Below are positions 27,123-37,286 of a stretch of DNA of 53,547 nt, one piece after another (positions within the stretch are counted from its first letter, which is position 1; each line of letters begins with the position of its first letter). This DNA is from Nemertoderma westbladi. Taxonomy: Eukaryota > Animalia > Xenacoelomorpha. The stretch is taken from assembly GCA_032718475.1 (NCBI GenBank), contig JAUCBJ010005497.1, positions 1 to 53,547 of the forward strand, in the 5' to 3' direction. The notes below the pieces were generated by a model. It made no database searches, was not told the DNA's origin, and saw only the letters and a program-made list of their open reading frames with translations. The position numbers and the translations under genes are program-made.

Positions 27123-27645
27123 CAGCATCTGGAGTGGGTGTGTGACTATATTATTTTATATTTTTTTTATTATTTTATATTTATGTATGTATTATTATGT
27201 AATTTTATTATAATCGTTTTCTTTAATTTTATTTAGTAGAATATTATTTTAGCGATTATTTAGTAGATTAGTGCAATATATATATTCGTGTTTATTACTT
27301 AATTACTTAGCATTATATTTAGTGTAACGGCGAGAAATAATTATTTTTCTCTTTCCTTACTGTCCGTATCATATTATAAATACGTGACTACAGTAAGATG
27401 AAATGTCCGTACTTATTAAAGTACAATACCGCCCCTACTATACTCAAGTAGTATTGGTAAGTAGAGTATTAGGAATGCAAAGTTCAGATCCTCGTGTTTC
27501 GGCTAAACCAAGCTCTGGGTAGACCTTGGAATCGACTTGCCTCTTCTCACTGACATTGCTTCTTGCAATATTGCTCTCATACCGTATATTAAATAATACA
27601 TATAGTAGAATGATGTCCATTTAACAGTAGCGTAAAACGCAAAAT

Positions 27646-28057
27646 AAATCTGTTAAACCCTTTGACCATCTGCAATTCTAGTCGATTAAGATATCGCGGC
27701 ACCCACCGATATACTTGAAAGACAAAATTCTAGAATCAGTGGTTAACGTCCCCAGACATGTTCTGGAATAAATCGGTGCCCATCTTAAATATTAAATATT
27801 TAATAAATATTTATAAAATCTATTAAAACAAATGTTATAATAGAGTAAAAAGCAGACAAAGAAACTCTAAGGAGTTTGTAAACCAAGAAAATCTATAAAT
27901 CCAAAATCTGTTAAAATTCAGATCCTTTAAAATTCTAGTCGATTAAGATATCGTAGCACTTACCGATACTCTTAAAAGGACAAATTTCCTAGAATTAAGG
28001 ATCCTAGTCCCCAGACATGTTCTGGAATAAAATTGTGTCTATTTAATATTAAATAAT
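27646..28057 (+). ncRNA. Two tandem (257-bp period) copies of a putative structured RNA element
   Basis: Nested stems with different sequence but preserved pairing in the two copies (see findings). Confidence 0.5.
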
Positions 28058-28850
28058 AAAATTTACGGGAATAAATTTAAATTCATATCCTCTCATGAAT
28101 TTGATAAATTGTCATTTTATACAATTTATAACATTCCCAAAATTCCATTAATTAATAGATCATGGGAGCGGAGATTCACCCTATTATATATTAGTGTGAG
28201 AGAATCTCCAATGTATAGTCAATAGCCAATAAAATTCATAAAATCATGTATAAAGGGGAATATTGACAATTAAAGAATTACTATTAAATAGCATCCCAGA
28301 TCTGTATGCATGAGAATTACCCTAATTCTACTGCTAGCTTTCCATAATGTCACCATAGCAACAACCACGCTAGAATTAGAAGCGAGTTAAAAGAACAATA
28401 GAAAGCTTGCCCCATTGAATAGCATACGGAATAAATAGCACACTGCTAGTATCCAGGGATACATAATAATAACGTGGCATTCTGGAAGGCACTTGACTAA
28501 CGGACAAATGGCCCGAATGTGTACAATTTGTGACAGTTGTGTGGAATTTGTGCATTTATAGGTGAATGTTACTACTAAAGTGTGTTTACAGTAGCAAGTC
28601 GCAGTTGTGAAAGTTGCCCTACCTCTATAGCAAGAACCTGAAGTAATTCTAAGCCCTTGGGACGGACAGTGGAGTGACTCGCACTGGTTATTGTTGTCGT
28701 TGTGTAGCTACTACGTTGGCGAGAGGCACAGCGACGACAGTACATCGGCGCTGAGGATCTTGCGCTGTCCGGGGGCATTGAGGGGGAGGCAGCGACGACC
28801 GCTAGCCTAAATATAATTAATTATAATATCGATAAACTCATATAGCAGCT

Positions 28851-29684
28851 ATGACTGAGTTGATAGAAGATGATCTTGGTATCAGGGAGCGATATACCCT
28901 ACCATTGCAAGCGTTTGTTGATAGTTTAATAAGCGGCGATGCTAGTCAACCCACTACGGAGGATGATGGCTGTTATATCGAACCGCCAATGTCAAAGGAA
29001 CAGCTCACGCGTGAATTGGACTATAGAAAATTCACTGCTCGCTATACGCATCGTAATGGTACGTATATGGACTTCTTAACTACTGGTCATCCTATCGATT
29101 TACACGATACGGACGATGTAGACACTGAAAGGGAAATGGTCCTATTTAAATATCATACCCAGCGGAGTTGGAACGATAAACTGAGAATCGAACATGAGAA
29201 TTCTATTCGAAACCGACTCGAAAGAGAAGACGTTGAAGAGCCGGATAAACGCAGTGACTTCAATGAATATTTGGAATTCTTGAGAGAAACATATCTCAAT
29301 GTAGCCAGTCAACAAAATCTAGAAACTCGATATCCTCAAGGTATACATCATGACCCTATGATAGAACTCAAACGACTCTATTTCACTATGATGTATCTTA
29401 CCGCCGATCGTCCACTACCTGTTATCCCGGATAGTTTTGAACAAATGGAAGAATATTGCAAAACTGGAGAACGTTCACCCGCGTTTCCTCTACAGGACGT
29501 ACGTCTTTGGTATTATTGTGACGAATGCCCTAGACCCAACCAACAAATTGAAAGACATAAACATCCGCGGAGACGTTGCGCTAAACACAGTTTTACGCGT
29601 TATACTTACGGGAGTTTCGAGCGAAACCTGTTCGATGTATCACCTAAGATCGCTCGTCTTAAACGATCACTGAATAAACCATGA
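28851..29684 (+). CDS. Accessory ORF A of element 1, 277 aa, unknown function, C-terminal Cys/His cluster (CDEC..HKH..CAKH)
   Basis: Open frame with ATG; its stop overlaps the next start (ATGA at 29681-29684). Confidence 0.7.
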   Translation: MTELIEDDLGIRERYTLPLQAFVDSLISGDASQPTTEDDGCYIEPPMSKEQLTRELDYRKFTARYTHRNGTYMDFLTTGHPIDLHDTDDVDTEREMVLFKYHTQRSWNDKLRIEHENSIRNRLEREDVEEPDKRSDFNEYLEFLRETYLNVASQQNLETRYPQGIHHDPMIELKRLYFTMMYLTADRPLPVIPDSFEQMEEYCKTGERSPAFPLQDVRLWYYCDECPRPNQQIERHKHPRRRCAKHSFTRYTYGSFERNLFDVSPKIARLKRSLNKP

Positions 29685-32600
29685 TCAGAGTTCCGGAATA
29701 CTCGGTCAGGCCTCCTCATAACCTAGTGAGACCTCAAACTCTCGATCCTAACAGTATCACTGATCCTCCCGAACTATATTCCCTGTTCAAAGACTTAGTG
29801 TTACCCGAACAACTAATCGGTGGTGCTCCGGTAGTGGGTTCGTTAGACATCCGCCCATCCTACTTAGCCGGATTGGGACGCGGGCAACTAATATCGCCCT
29901 TTGATCCTTACAATCGTCCAGGATTAAACCCGATTCAACCCGCCACGGAAGTCGAGGAGAGCATTATAAGAAACGCTTTAGACGCCATTCGACAGAAAAT
30001 CGGAAAAGGAACACAAGATTGTTTAGAGAAACGTAAACTACACCAACAAGTCCAATCGGTGAAGGAGTTAGCCTTGCCACAGTTCGATAGGGAAATCCAA
30101 AACCTCGAGGAAGACATAGAGCTTGGACGCACGTATTCTCTACAAGAATTTTTAGAAGAACGCTTACAAAGACAAGCGGAAGAAAATCTAATCGAAGAGA
30201 AACACACGAAACTGGAAGAAAGAGAAGAAGCCGCTTTAGCCCAACCTGAAGCTCAAATCCTCATGACCGACCTCTACTCTAAAACCGTTCGTCATCCCTC
30301 GATGATTACACATTTCGGGGACAAGCTCTTCGCGACGATACAGCCTCAACCGGTTGATATCAGTACAGGATCGCAAAATCTTATCGCTGACGCCCCTATG
30401 TTACAGCGTCCGCCGATCGAGGCCGCTCGTGTTGATGGTATCCTCGTTGAACCTCCGGACAATCGAGCGGATCTTGTCCGTCGTATGGTACACGATGTCA
30501 ACATACGCGCTAGACCTTTACAGAACTCGTTTTATGGGATTAAAGACCACCCTTATTACGTTAATCTGACTCAATATTATATGGTAAAACCAGAGGACCC
30601 GACACATAATTTAAAGTTTCTACCACTAATAAATCCTCTAGACATTGTTGAACTCGAACAATTGCAGAAACATCTGGATCAGTTAGTAAAGGTAAACTCA
30701 TTTAGAAAACCATATAACATTTCTCGAATCGAGAAAGATATAGAACCTCCTTATAATCTCGATGGATTTATTAAAACTCGATTAGTCCATTGGAATCTAG
30801 ATGTATTATTTGAAGAGGAGAAAATACCAAGATATGGAAATGTGGAGACGTATACCACTCGGCACATGAAGTATAGTGATCTCCCTGACGCTAACCAATG
30901 CGCCACCTTGTGGCATCCAGTAGGGATGACCCTAGAGAACGCCACCAAGGAGTGGAATGAAACTCTTAATGTTATTGAGATGTATGGAGTTGTCACCTAC
31001 GATAATGAAGGTAGCGTTCCGGTCGGAGAACTAGGAACTACGCGCATGATCCACATACGCGGATTAGCTGGTTCTACCCACGTGTTTACTCGAGCGTGTT
31101 CCGACGTGATGGATTATTCTTTTGAAACTCTCACCGAAACACAAAAGAATCTCCGACATGGACAATTCGAACTCGCGCAGCGTTACGTCATTGACACCGA
31201 ACGCAAACCGGCCATGGGCATCGATGGATCGATGTTACCCCAGCCCGTACTCGAGATGTTGTTCAACGAAAGAATCCTTAAAATCGGCTCAGCTGTTTAT
31301 GGAGATCTCCAAAACGACTTTCGGAATATGGAGAACATTCCATACCCTTTCGTTGATACACAGCTGATTGCTCCCTGGGCAGAAGGCCGAGGTTTCTTCC
31401 GCACCATGTATGCTAATACGTCTAGCAACATTACAAAGGTGCAACGAACTTCCATCGGACATCTTGCCTTTCAGGAATACGGATGGAATTTCAAAGTCGG
31501 AAATCCCATTAACTATCAACAAGTATACGGAGACCATTATTCTCGATTATACTTTGATGGACCATTGACCGCACCGGGCGCCGTGTATAGCTTCATTAGT
31601 GTTCCACTCCGTCCCTCCTTAGCTATCTACACGATCTTTGAAAACACCGCACTTGCCGGTTGGCTAGCCGATGTGTGCAGTCGTACTATACGCGCCCATC
31701 CATTAATACTTGGGACCAAACTCGCTAAGCTAGATGAACATAATAAATTCATCCGTTTCGAATGTTTCCGGCGATTTTTAACCCCGTTCCGCAACGTGGA
31801 TAGCCAATTTAAAGACCGCGCTTTGACCAAACTCAGCCTAAGAATCTCAGCTGCAGAGAAGTTGGATAGCGCTGGATTCGCCATTTTCAAAGAGATTTGT
31901 ATATCGAACTTACACTCCTCTGTTATACAAAGACCTCGAATCCCCACAGGTTATTCTGTCGTGGAAATTCAGACAATAGGTCCACCTGAAGAGACAGACA
32001 CGCCCACCTCAGCTATGCACTTGGAAGACGAACCAATATGTTTAGAATCTGAGGAGATTCAGCCTATCACGCCCCGGAACAGCGACAACGATTACATCAT
32101 AGAATGGTATCAAGGTCCACAGTGTCTCACTGCGTACGATTATCGACATGCCAACTATGTTTCTAGGCAACGTTGTCGGTTATGCGCATCGAGAGACCAC
32201 GATACGCCCATGGACACCAACGTCCGCTGTTCCTATTTCCAAGAACAACCGACTATGGAAATTTATTGCGCATATTGCAGACTCAATAACTTGCATATTT
32301 TTGCAGTTTGCCCTCAATTTATGACTCAATGTCACCATTGTCAACTAAAGGGACATGCCAGTTTCGACTGCCCTTTTAATCACGATTTGGAAAGCGTAGA
32401 TGAAATGATCACACTAGGTTACATCAGAGCTTGGGAAGCGAACGCTGATTTACATTGTGATTCGCGCCATCGCTATTATTCCGGACGCGCTTACGAAGGA
32501 GTTTATGCGTTCCATCCTTATCTATTCGCTTCGGTTGAACAGAAATCACGCATATCAAGTTACGAGCTACTGAAGCGCGTCGGAGAATGTATTTCAACCA

Positions 32601-33103
32601 AATTCGTACGCAAATTTCTCAGGAGTGTTAATCCTAGCGACCTTCATTCCTATAACTTAATCAATTATATCCGTCAAGATCCAGACTATGGAGACTTGTT
32701 TGTTAACTCACACCCCGAGTTACAGGAAGTGTATCGACGGCCTTACGAATACCGAGCCCGCGAACGCGAGTTGGAAAGGACCATTAAACCCCGGAGGTTT
32801 CTAACTGCCTATGGTCCACCCACGGCCCTCGTTCAGACCACTCGTAAAGGACCCGTAAGAGCGGCTGTCTTGAAACGAGCTCTCAAAGCCGTTAGACCCC
32901 TCTCACCTGACGTTGACGTCAATCAACCCGGTACTTCGACTGGCGGATACACCGACCATAATCCTACACCCCCTGATGCAATCATATTGCACCCTTCACC
33001 CAGGAGTTATAGCCCTCCTTGTAAAGTGGCTCGCCCCAAAGAGAAAAGGACTCTGGCTAGCTTTAAGAAACTGCGTAAACGCCGTCCGCGCAAGAAAGAC
33101 TAA
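29681..33103 (+). CDS. Accessory ORF B of element 1, 1140 aa: coiled coil + DEDDy (WRN/RNase D/EXD-like) 3'-5' exonuclease-like domain + 3 CCHC zinc knuckles + basic C-terminal tail
   Basis: ExoI VVTYDNEG (D441, E443); LPQPVLEMLFNERILKIGSAVYGD (D542); FVDTQLIA; TSIGHLA...YG; ExoIII-like PLRPSLAIYTIFE (Y650, E654); knuckles at aa 832-897 including the canonical CHHCQLKGHASFDC; ends KKLRKRRPRKKD. Confidence 0.8.
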   Translation: MIRVPEYSVRPPHNLVRPQTLDPNSITDPPELYSLFKDLVLPEQLIGGAPVVGSLDIRPSYLAGLGRGQLISPFDPYNRPGLNPIQPATEVEESIIRNALDAIRQKIGKGTQDCLEKRKLHQQVQSVKELALPQFDREIQNLEEDIELGRTYSLQEFLEERLQRQAEENLIEEKHTKLEEREEAALAQPEAQILMTDLYSKTVRHPSMITHFGDKLFATIQPQPVDISTGSQNLIADAPMLQRPPIEAARVDGILVEPPDNRADLVRRMVHDVNIRARPLQNSFYGIKDHPYYVNLTQYYMVKPEDPTHNLKFLPLINPLDIVELEQLQKHLDQLVKVNSFRKPYNISRIEKDIEPPYNLDGFIKTRLVHWNLDVLFEEEKIPRYGNVETYTTRHMKYSDLPDANQCATLWHPVGMTLENATKEWNETLNVIEMYGVVTYDNEGSVPVGELGTTRMIHIRGLAGSTHVFTRACSDVMDYSFETLTETQKNLRHGQFELAQRYVIDTERKPAMGIDGSMLPQPVLEMLFNERILKIGSAVYGDLQNDFRNMENIPYPFVDTQLIAPWAEGRGFFRTMYANTSSNITKVQRTSIGHLAFQEYGWNFKVGNPINYQQVYGDHYSRLYFDGPLTAPGAVYSFISVPLRPSLAIYTIFENTALAGWLADVCSRTIRAHPLILGTKLAKLDEHNKFIRFECFRRFLTPFRNVDSQFKDRALTKLSLRISAAEKLDSAGFAIFKEICISNLHSSVIQRPRIPTGYSVVEIQTIGPPEETDTPTSAMHLEDEPICLESEEIQPITPRNSDNDYIIEWYQGPQCLTAYDYRHANYVSRQRCRLCASRDHDTPMDTNVRCSYFQEQPTMEIYCAYCRLNNLHIFAVCPQFMTQCHHCQLKGHASFDCPFNHDLESVDEMITLGYIRAWEANADLHCDSRHRYYSGRAYEGVYAFHPYLFASVEQKSRISSYELLKRVGECISTKFVRKFLRSVNPSDLHSYNLINYIRQDPDYGDLFVNSHPELQEVYRRPYEYRARERELERTIKPRRFLTAYGPPTALVQTTRKGPVRAAVLKRALKAVRPLSPDVDVNQPGTSTGGYTDHNPTPPDAIILHPSPRSYSPPCKVARPKEKRTLASFKKLRKRRPRKKD

Positions 33104-33181
33104 CTGTTTAGAGTATTTACGTATATTAGAAACTGTGATTTTGTATATGTTATAGACTCAAATCCCATTTTCTGGGAGCGG

Positions 33182-34458
33182 TGTAAAAGCTTCTGTGGGA
33201 TCTAGCTGGCCCTTTTGCTTTGCGGTCCGAGTTCCCCCCAGGCGCTGGAATACTCTAAAAGGGCTTTCTAACTATATATATATTCCCCTCGCCCGCAAGG
33301 TGCCGTAATAGGTGTTTTAACGGACATAAAAGTCATTCTTCTAGATTTGTACTTTAGAGGACATAATCCGCAATCTTGTGACACGATAAGCTAGATATTC
33401 TTGAAAACAGTGTCGCTACCATGACGACGGCTAACAGCTGATATTGCCACGTCGACATTTCTTTGTTTCTTTGTTCTCTCGTGGTTCGGTTGACCAATCA
33501 GAGCGATTTTTTCTGTAGATGTGGAGCTTTGGGCAGATCATGCTAGAGCGTTCAGTCTTACTGTTTTTCTTGATACTGTTGTGTTGTTGGTATCTAGGCC
33601 AGGAACACCGGCTCTAGAGTTAACTTGTTTCAGACTTTTAGAAGAAACATTAGTAGGCTTAAGATTATAGAGCGTATAACTGTTATCAACACAAATCAAA
33701 TCAACTCATATATCACATATCGGTCCATATCAGTACATTGTCATATCATATCTTAACCTACCGTCTTAATGCTATTTACTGTTGTGTTTTGGTTGAATAT
33801 TATTTGGAGAATATTTATAAAGAACCCAAATTTCCCAATTTTCTTGATACACTACAGGTTAGAGAGAGACGGGTTATATATAGCGATTGCGACTTATATT
33901 GTTGTGGTTTGTAGTGAATTTAATGCTATTTGATAAGCACTACATTGGTCCGTTGCTGTTCTCTCTATATATGATAAAATTCATTGACGGTCGGCAAATT
34001 AGTGAGCAGTATTGTGTGTTACCGGTAGTGTGCATGATTGTGACTGATAACTAAGCATTTCCTAAAGAATGCGCCTCATACGTGAATCATAAGCCTTACC
34101 GACTTACCGTTGTGATTAGTGTAAGTCATATCTCTGTTTACTTAGATAGAGCGCCACGTCCTAAAGGAACTGTTAATATTTCCCGAAAGTGAATAATATT
34201 AGTCAGAAATTATTTATTAACGATCAATCGAATAATACAGTAGGTTTCACTGCAATAATAATCTAAGCCCTCAGAATCCAGTCTCCCGGGAATATCCAGC
34301 GGGTGAATGGACGCGCACTAGGCTGGCTTCTGCTAATGTTGTGTTTATTGGTATTAAATATTTGTCTTCTTCTAAAGTATATTTATAAACCAAAAGACAT
34401 ATAAATTTTGGCAGGTTAAACTGCTAAAGGTCTTCCAAAAGCGCGTACACATAGTTTT
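33182..34458 (+). repeat. 3' LTR of element 1 (diverged from the 5' LTR, apparently truncated)
   Basis: Follows the PPT and starts TGTAAAAGCTT; similarity to the 5' LTR ends near 34458; no CA plus CTAAC TSD found. Confidence 0.8.
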
Positions 34459-34504
34459 CGCAATTTCGTTTCTCCCAAGTTCAGTATCCCTTTCAAGCTG
34501 ATCT

Positions 34505-34915
34505 ACAGTATATATGTCATATTCGGTCGTCCACGGATACGCTTTCTTGTGTTGGTTGCCAGAATAGTAAGTAGTTCTGGTATCACCTCGTCTTTACTTC
34601 CTTCTCCTGCAGTGTCCACAGAATCTTAATCTGCGTTCACTGAGGGTGGTTGATACAGGTGGCATTGAACCATAAAGTTCGGCATTTGTCATGTGTTGAT
34701 TCCAGCTGACATTTACAGTGCTGCCATGACCTTCGTAGTCTTGTGTAACAACTACCAATCCTTGTTCAAATGATTCGTCAGTATCCAGGACTCACCTTCG
34801 TATAAGAGTACACTTTCCATTGTAGCTCGAAGGAAGTTGGTCTTCAGTTGCCTAGAGAAGTCTGATTTCCAGATAGTATCCATTTTGATAGAGCTACCCA
34901 TGCCTTTGCTTTCCT
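34505..34915 (-). mobile_element. Degraded RTE-clade LINE fragment (RT C-terminal region)
   Basis: Frameshifted minus-strand translation RKAKAW..KMDTIWKS..SRQLKTNFLRATMESVLLYEGESW...NVSWNQHMTNAELYGSMPPVSTTLSERRLRFCGHC...RGRP; not shown in the ORF track. Confidence 0.8.
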
Positions 34916-35626
34916 AACAACTTCTACTGTTTATGTATTTTTTGCTGGTCTCTATCCATTACCCACAGTACAGAGTGCTGGTAGTCGTTACAGATTTAAT
35001 TTTCGGAGTAATCAGCTGTTATTTATGTCGATTTTCCCCTGTCGAGGGTTTAATTGTGATTGCCGAAAAAGACTCTCTCCCTCTGGGATATAATGTATAA
35101 TTTACCGAACCAGCGTTAGCGAGGTTATTTAAATATAAATTCGCTGAATAAAATTTGTTTGTCTGATTTTTGGGTTCCCCACGACCTTCTAGATGTAGAA
35201 GGGCGCGGTGACCCACCCCCAATTCACCCTTAATCACCGGATTGCGGTACCAGTCCAATACTTCACTACAGTAGGCCTACCTGTAGATCTCCAGTATTGT
35301 CAGGTACTGTACAAATGATTAAGGCTGCAGTGTGCCGCCCGCGGGGTTCACATGTACAGTATAAGATTTCAAAATTTCAAATACTGTTAAAAAGGCGGCA
35401 GTGTACTGCCTTTGAGGGTAGGATCAGTAGTAATATGGTAAATCCTCTTTATAATATATAAATCTCTGGTACGACTTAGAAAATAAACCTCTTGGTCCAA
35501 TCAAATATATTTCTCTTAGTCCTTCTCCTTGGGAGGAAAAATTAATGTAATTCAACTTTGGTACGCAAAGAGTGAGTAGGCCGTCGCATGTTTATTAATT
35601 TGTAAGAATCACATTAAAATTACATC

Positions 35627-35698
35627 CTCCCCGACCGGGAATTGAACCCGGGTCTTGCATGTGACAGACGCAGATACTAACCACTATACTATCGAGGA
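35627..35698 (-). tRNA. tRNA-Asp (GTC)
   Basis: Identical 72-nt sequence to the other two copies although the flanks have diverged; T4 terminator. Confidence 0.93.
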
Positions 35699-35890
35699 GT
35701 GCGAAAGAATGGGAAACAAATGTGCCCCGATGTTCTTATATGAACTTCAGTATCACTCACAATGTCATTGTTGTATAATTACTACATGGTTGGTTCTAAA
35801 TTTAATAATTACAGTATTTTACACATGTTATCGCTAACACAGAGATGTGTAATATTCCGAACTAGCACAACTGAAGAGAGATGTTAATTA

Positions 35891-36140
35891 CACCATGGCC
35901 GTATCGAAATAGCCCTTAATACAACAACCATTTTTAGGGGGTCGGAGCCCCCCCCCCCCCCCAATTTTTTTCAAATTTCCATAAAATGCTACGAAATTTG
36001 GTATGATGATAGATCGACACCTTTTCTTACTGGTGGCCTGGCCGGATTTTTTAATTTATGAGCAATTTGAAAAAAATTAGGGGGGGGGGGGGGGGGGCTC
36101 CGACCCCCTAAAAATGGTTGTTGTATTAAGGGTTATGGTG
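35891..36140. mobile_element. 250-bp MITE with CACCAT...ATGGTG termini, long subterminal inverted repeats and TA target-site duplication
   Basis: CCCTTAATACAACAACCATTTTTAGGGGGTCGGAGCCCC (35913 onward) is the reverse complement of about 36094-36132. Flanked by TA on both sides. Empty site GTTAATTATACAAA is present in copies A and B. Confidence 0.9.
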
Positions 36141-37286
36141 TATACAAAAAGGTCATACGGGTATTGATTATTGATGCGTAAATTCCATAATTCCACATAA
36201 TGGCCCTTTCACTGTTCTCTGTCTCTCCCTTTATTGTTTTTTCATCTCCACTTGCTCGTTGGAAACCTCCGAGGATTATTACTGACTTATTATTTATTTA
36301 TTGGATGTGTGGTGCAGCCTACTTAATGTACAAATGGCCAACTGTGCAACACGCTGGAGAATCATAACGGAGGGGAGCTGATCATTTTCTAACGTAAAAC
36401 AAATATAGCATTAGGCCTAATGCTTCATAGCCGTAATCAATACGAATTTCTATAATTTCATTTCCATTTGATATCCTGGAATAAAATAGTCCTATGTACA
36501 GTAAAAATCGCATAGATACTGTATAAACAAAGGTCTTATGTACAATACTGCCTGATATATGCAAAAAAATTTTGAAGTTTTTGAAAAAAATTTTTTGTAA
36601 GTAAAGATTTTGAAGTACATTTATGTACTTGCATGCAAAAATACGGTATGCCAATGCTGCCAATGCCAAATACACTGTAATGTGTAGGTAAAAAAAAACC
36701 CAAAAGTCTGATTATCTCAGAATGACACTTTTGTCACATGGGAGTCATTCCTTCGTATTAGTACAGGTAGACCAACATTGTAGACCAACTATAGTTATAT
36801 AAAAACACGCATAACACAAATTAGCAAGATACCAAATTAAATAAATTAATAAAATGATAATTTATATTGTTTTTTGCAGATATAATATTAATTATACTGT
36901 AGGTTAACTGTGCATATGATGAATATTTTACTGTATGTCCTAAAAGGGCACCTAATTTTTACAATCTCAATAATTTACAGTAGTATAGTAAGTCGAGCCC
37001 GAGTTAGTGTAACTAAGCCCGAGTCAATCTGCGGTGTAATTATATATCTACTGTAGATCGCACCGATTAATCTTAGTCAGACTTATAAATAAAGTTTAAT
37101 ATTTTCGCATAACATCAGATGCAGCACAACTACATACTGTATTTCCAAATGATTTTGTGCAGCTCTTGCGCTCGTGAAAGCTACTGTACAGTACACTACT
37201 ATTGTACAGCATATGTACAGTACTAAGAAATCATTTGTAGTACAGTGCAGTAGTCCAAGGAATGTTATTCTGCTGTTCCCATCAAC

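Larger units (their letters stand above)
16468..34458 (+). mobile_element. BEL/Pao LTR retrotransposon element 1 (defective gag-pol, two intact accessory ORFs, diverged LTRs, 3' end truncated or unresolved)
   Basis: Both LTRs start TGTAAAAGCTT (16468, 33182); PPT GGGAGCGG at 33174-33181; Pao-type gag, RT, RNase H and IN in the order RT-RH-IN; empty site visible at 13181-13190. Confidence 0.92.
35598..37131 (+). repeat. Third, more diverged copy (C) of the tRNA-Asp unit
   Basis: Shares the tRNA, ATCGCTAACAC.GATGTGTAATATTCCGAACTAGCAC, CATAATGGCCCTTTCACTG... and GCCCGAGTTAGTGTAACT blocks with copies A and B. Confidence 0.88.

Noticed and set aside
29681-33103. env gene call for the ORF after pol
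   Set aside because: No signal peptide, furin site or transmembrane anchor; motifs indicate a nuclease and zinc knuckles
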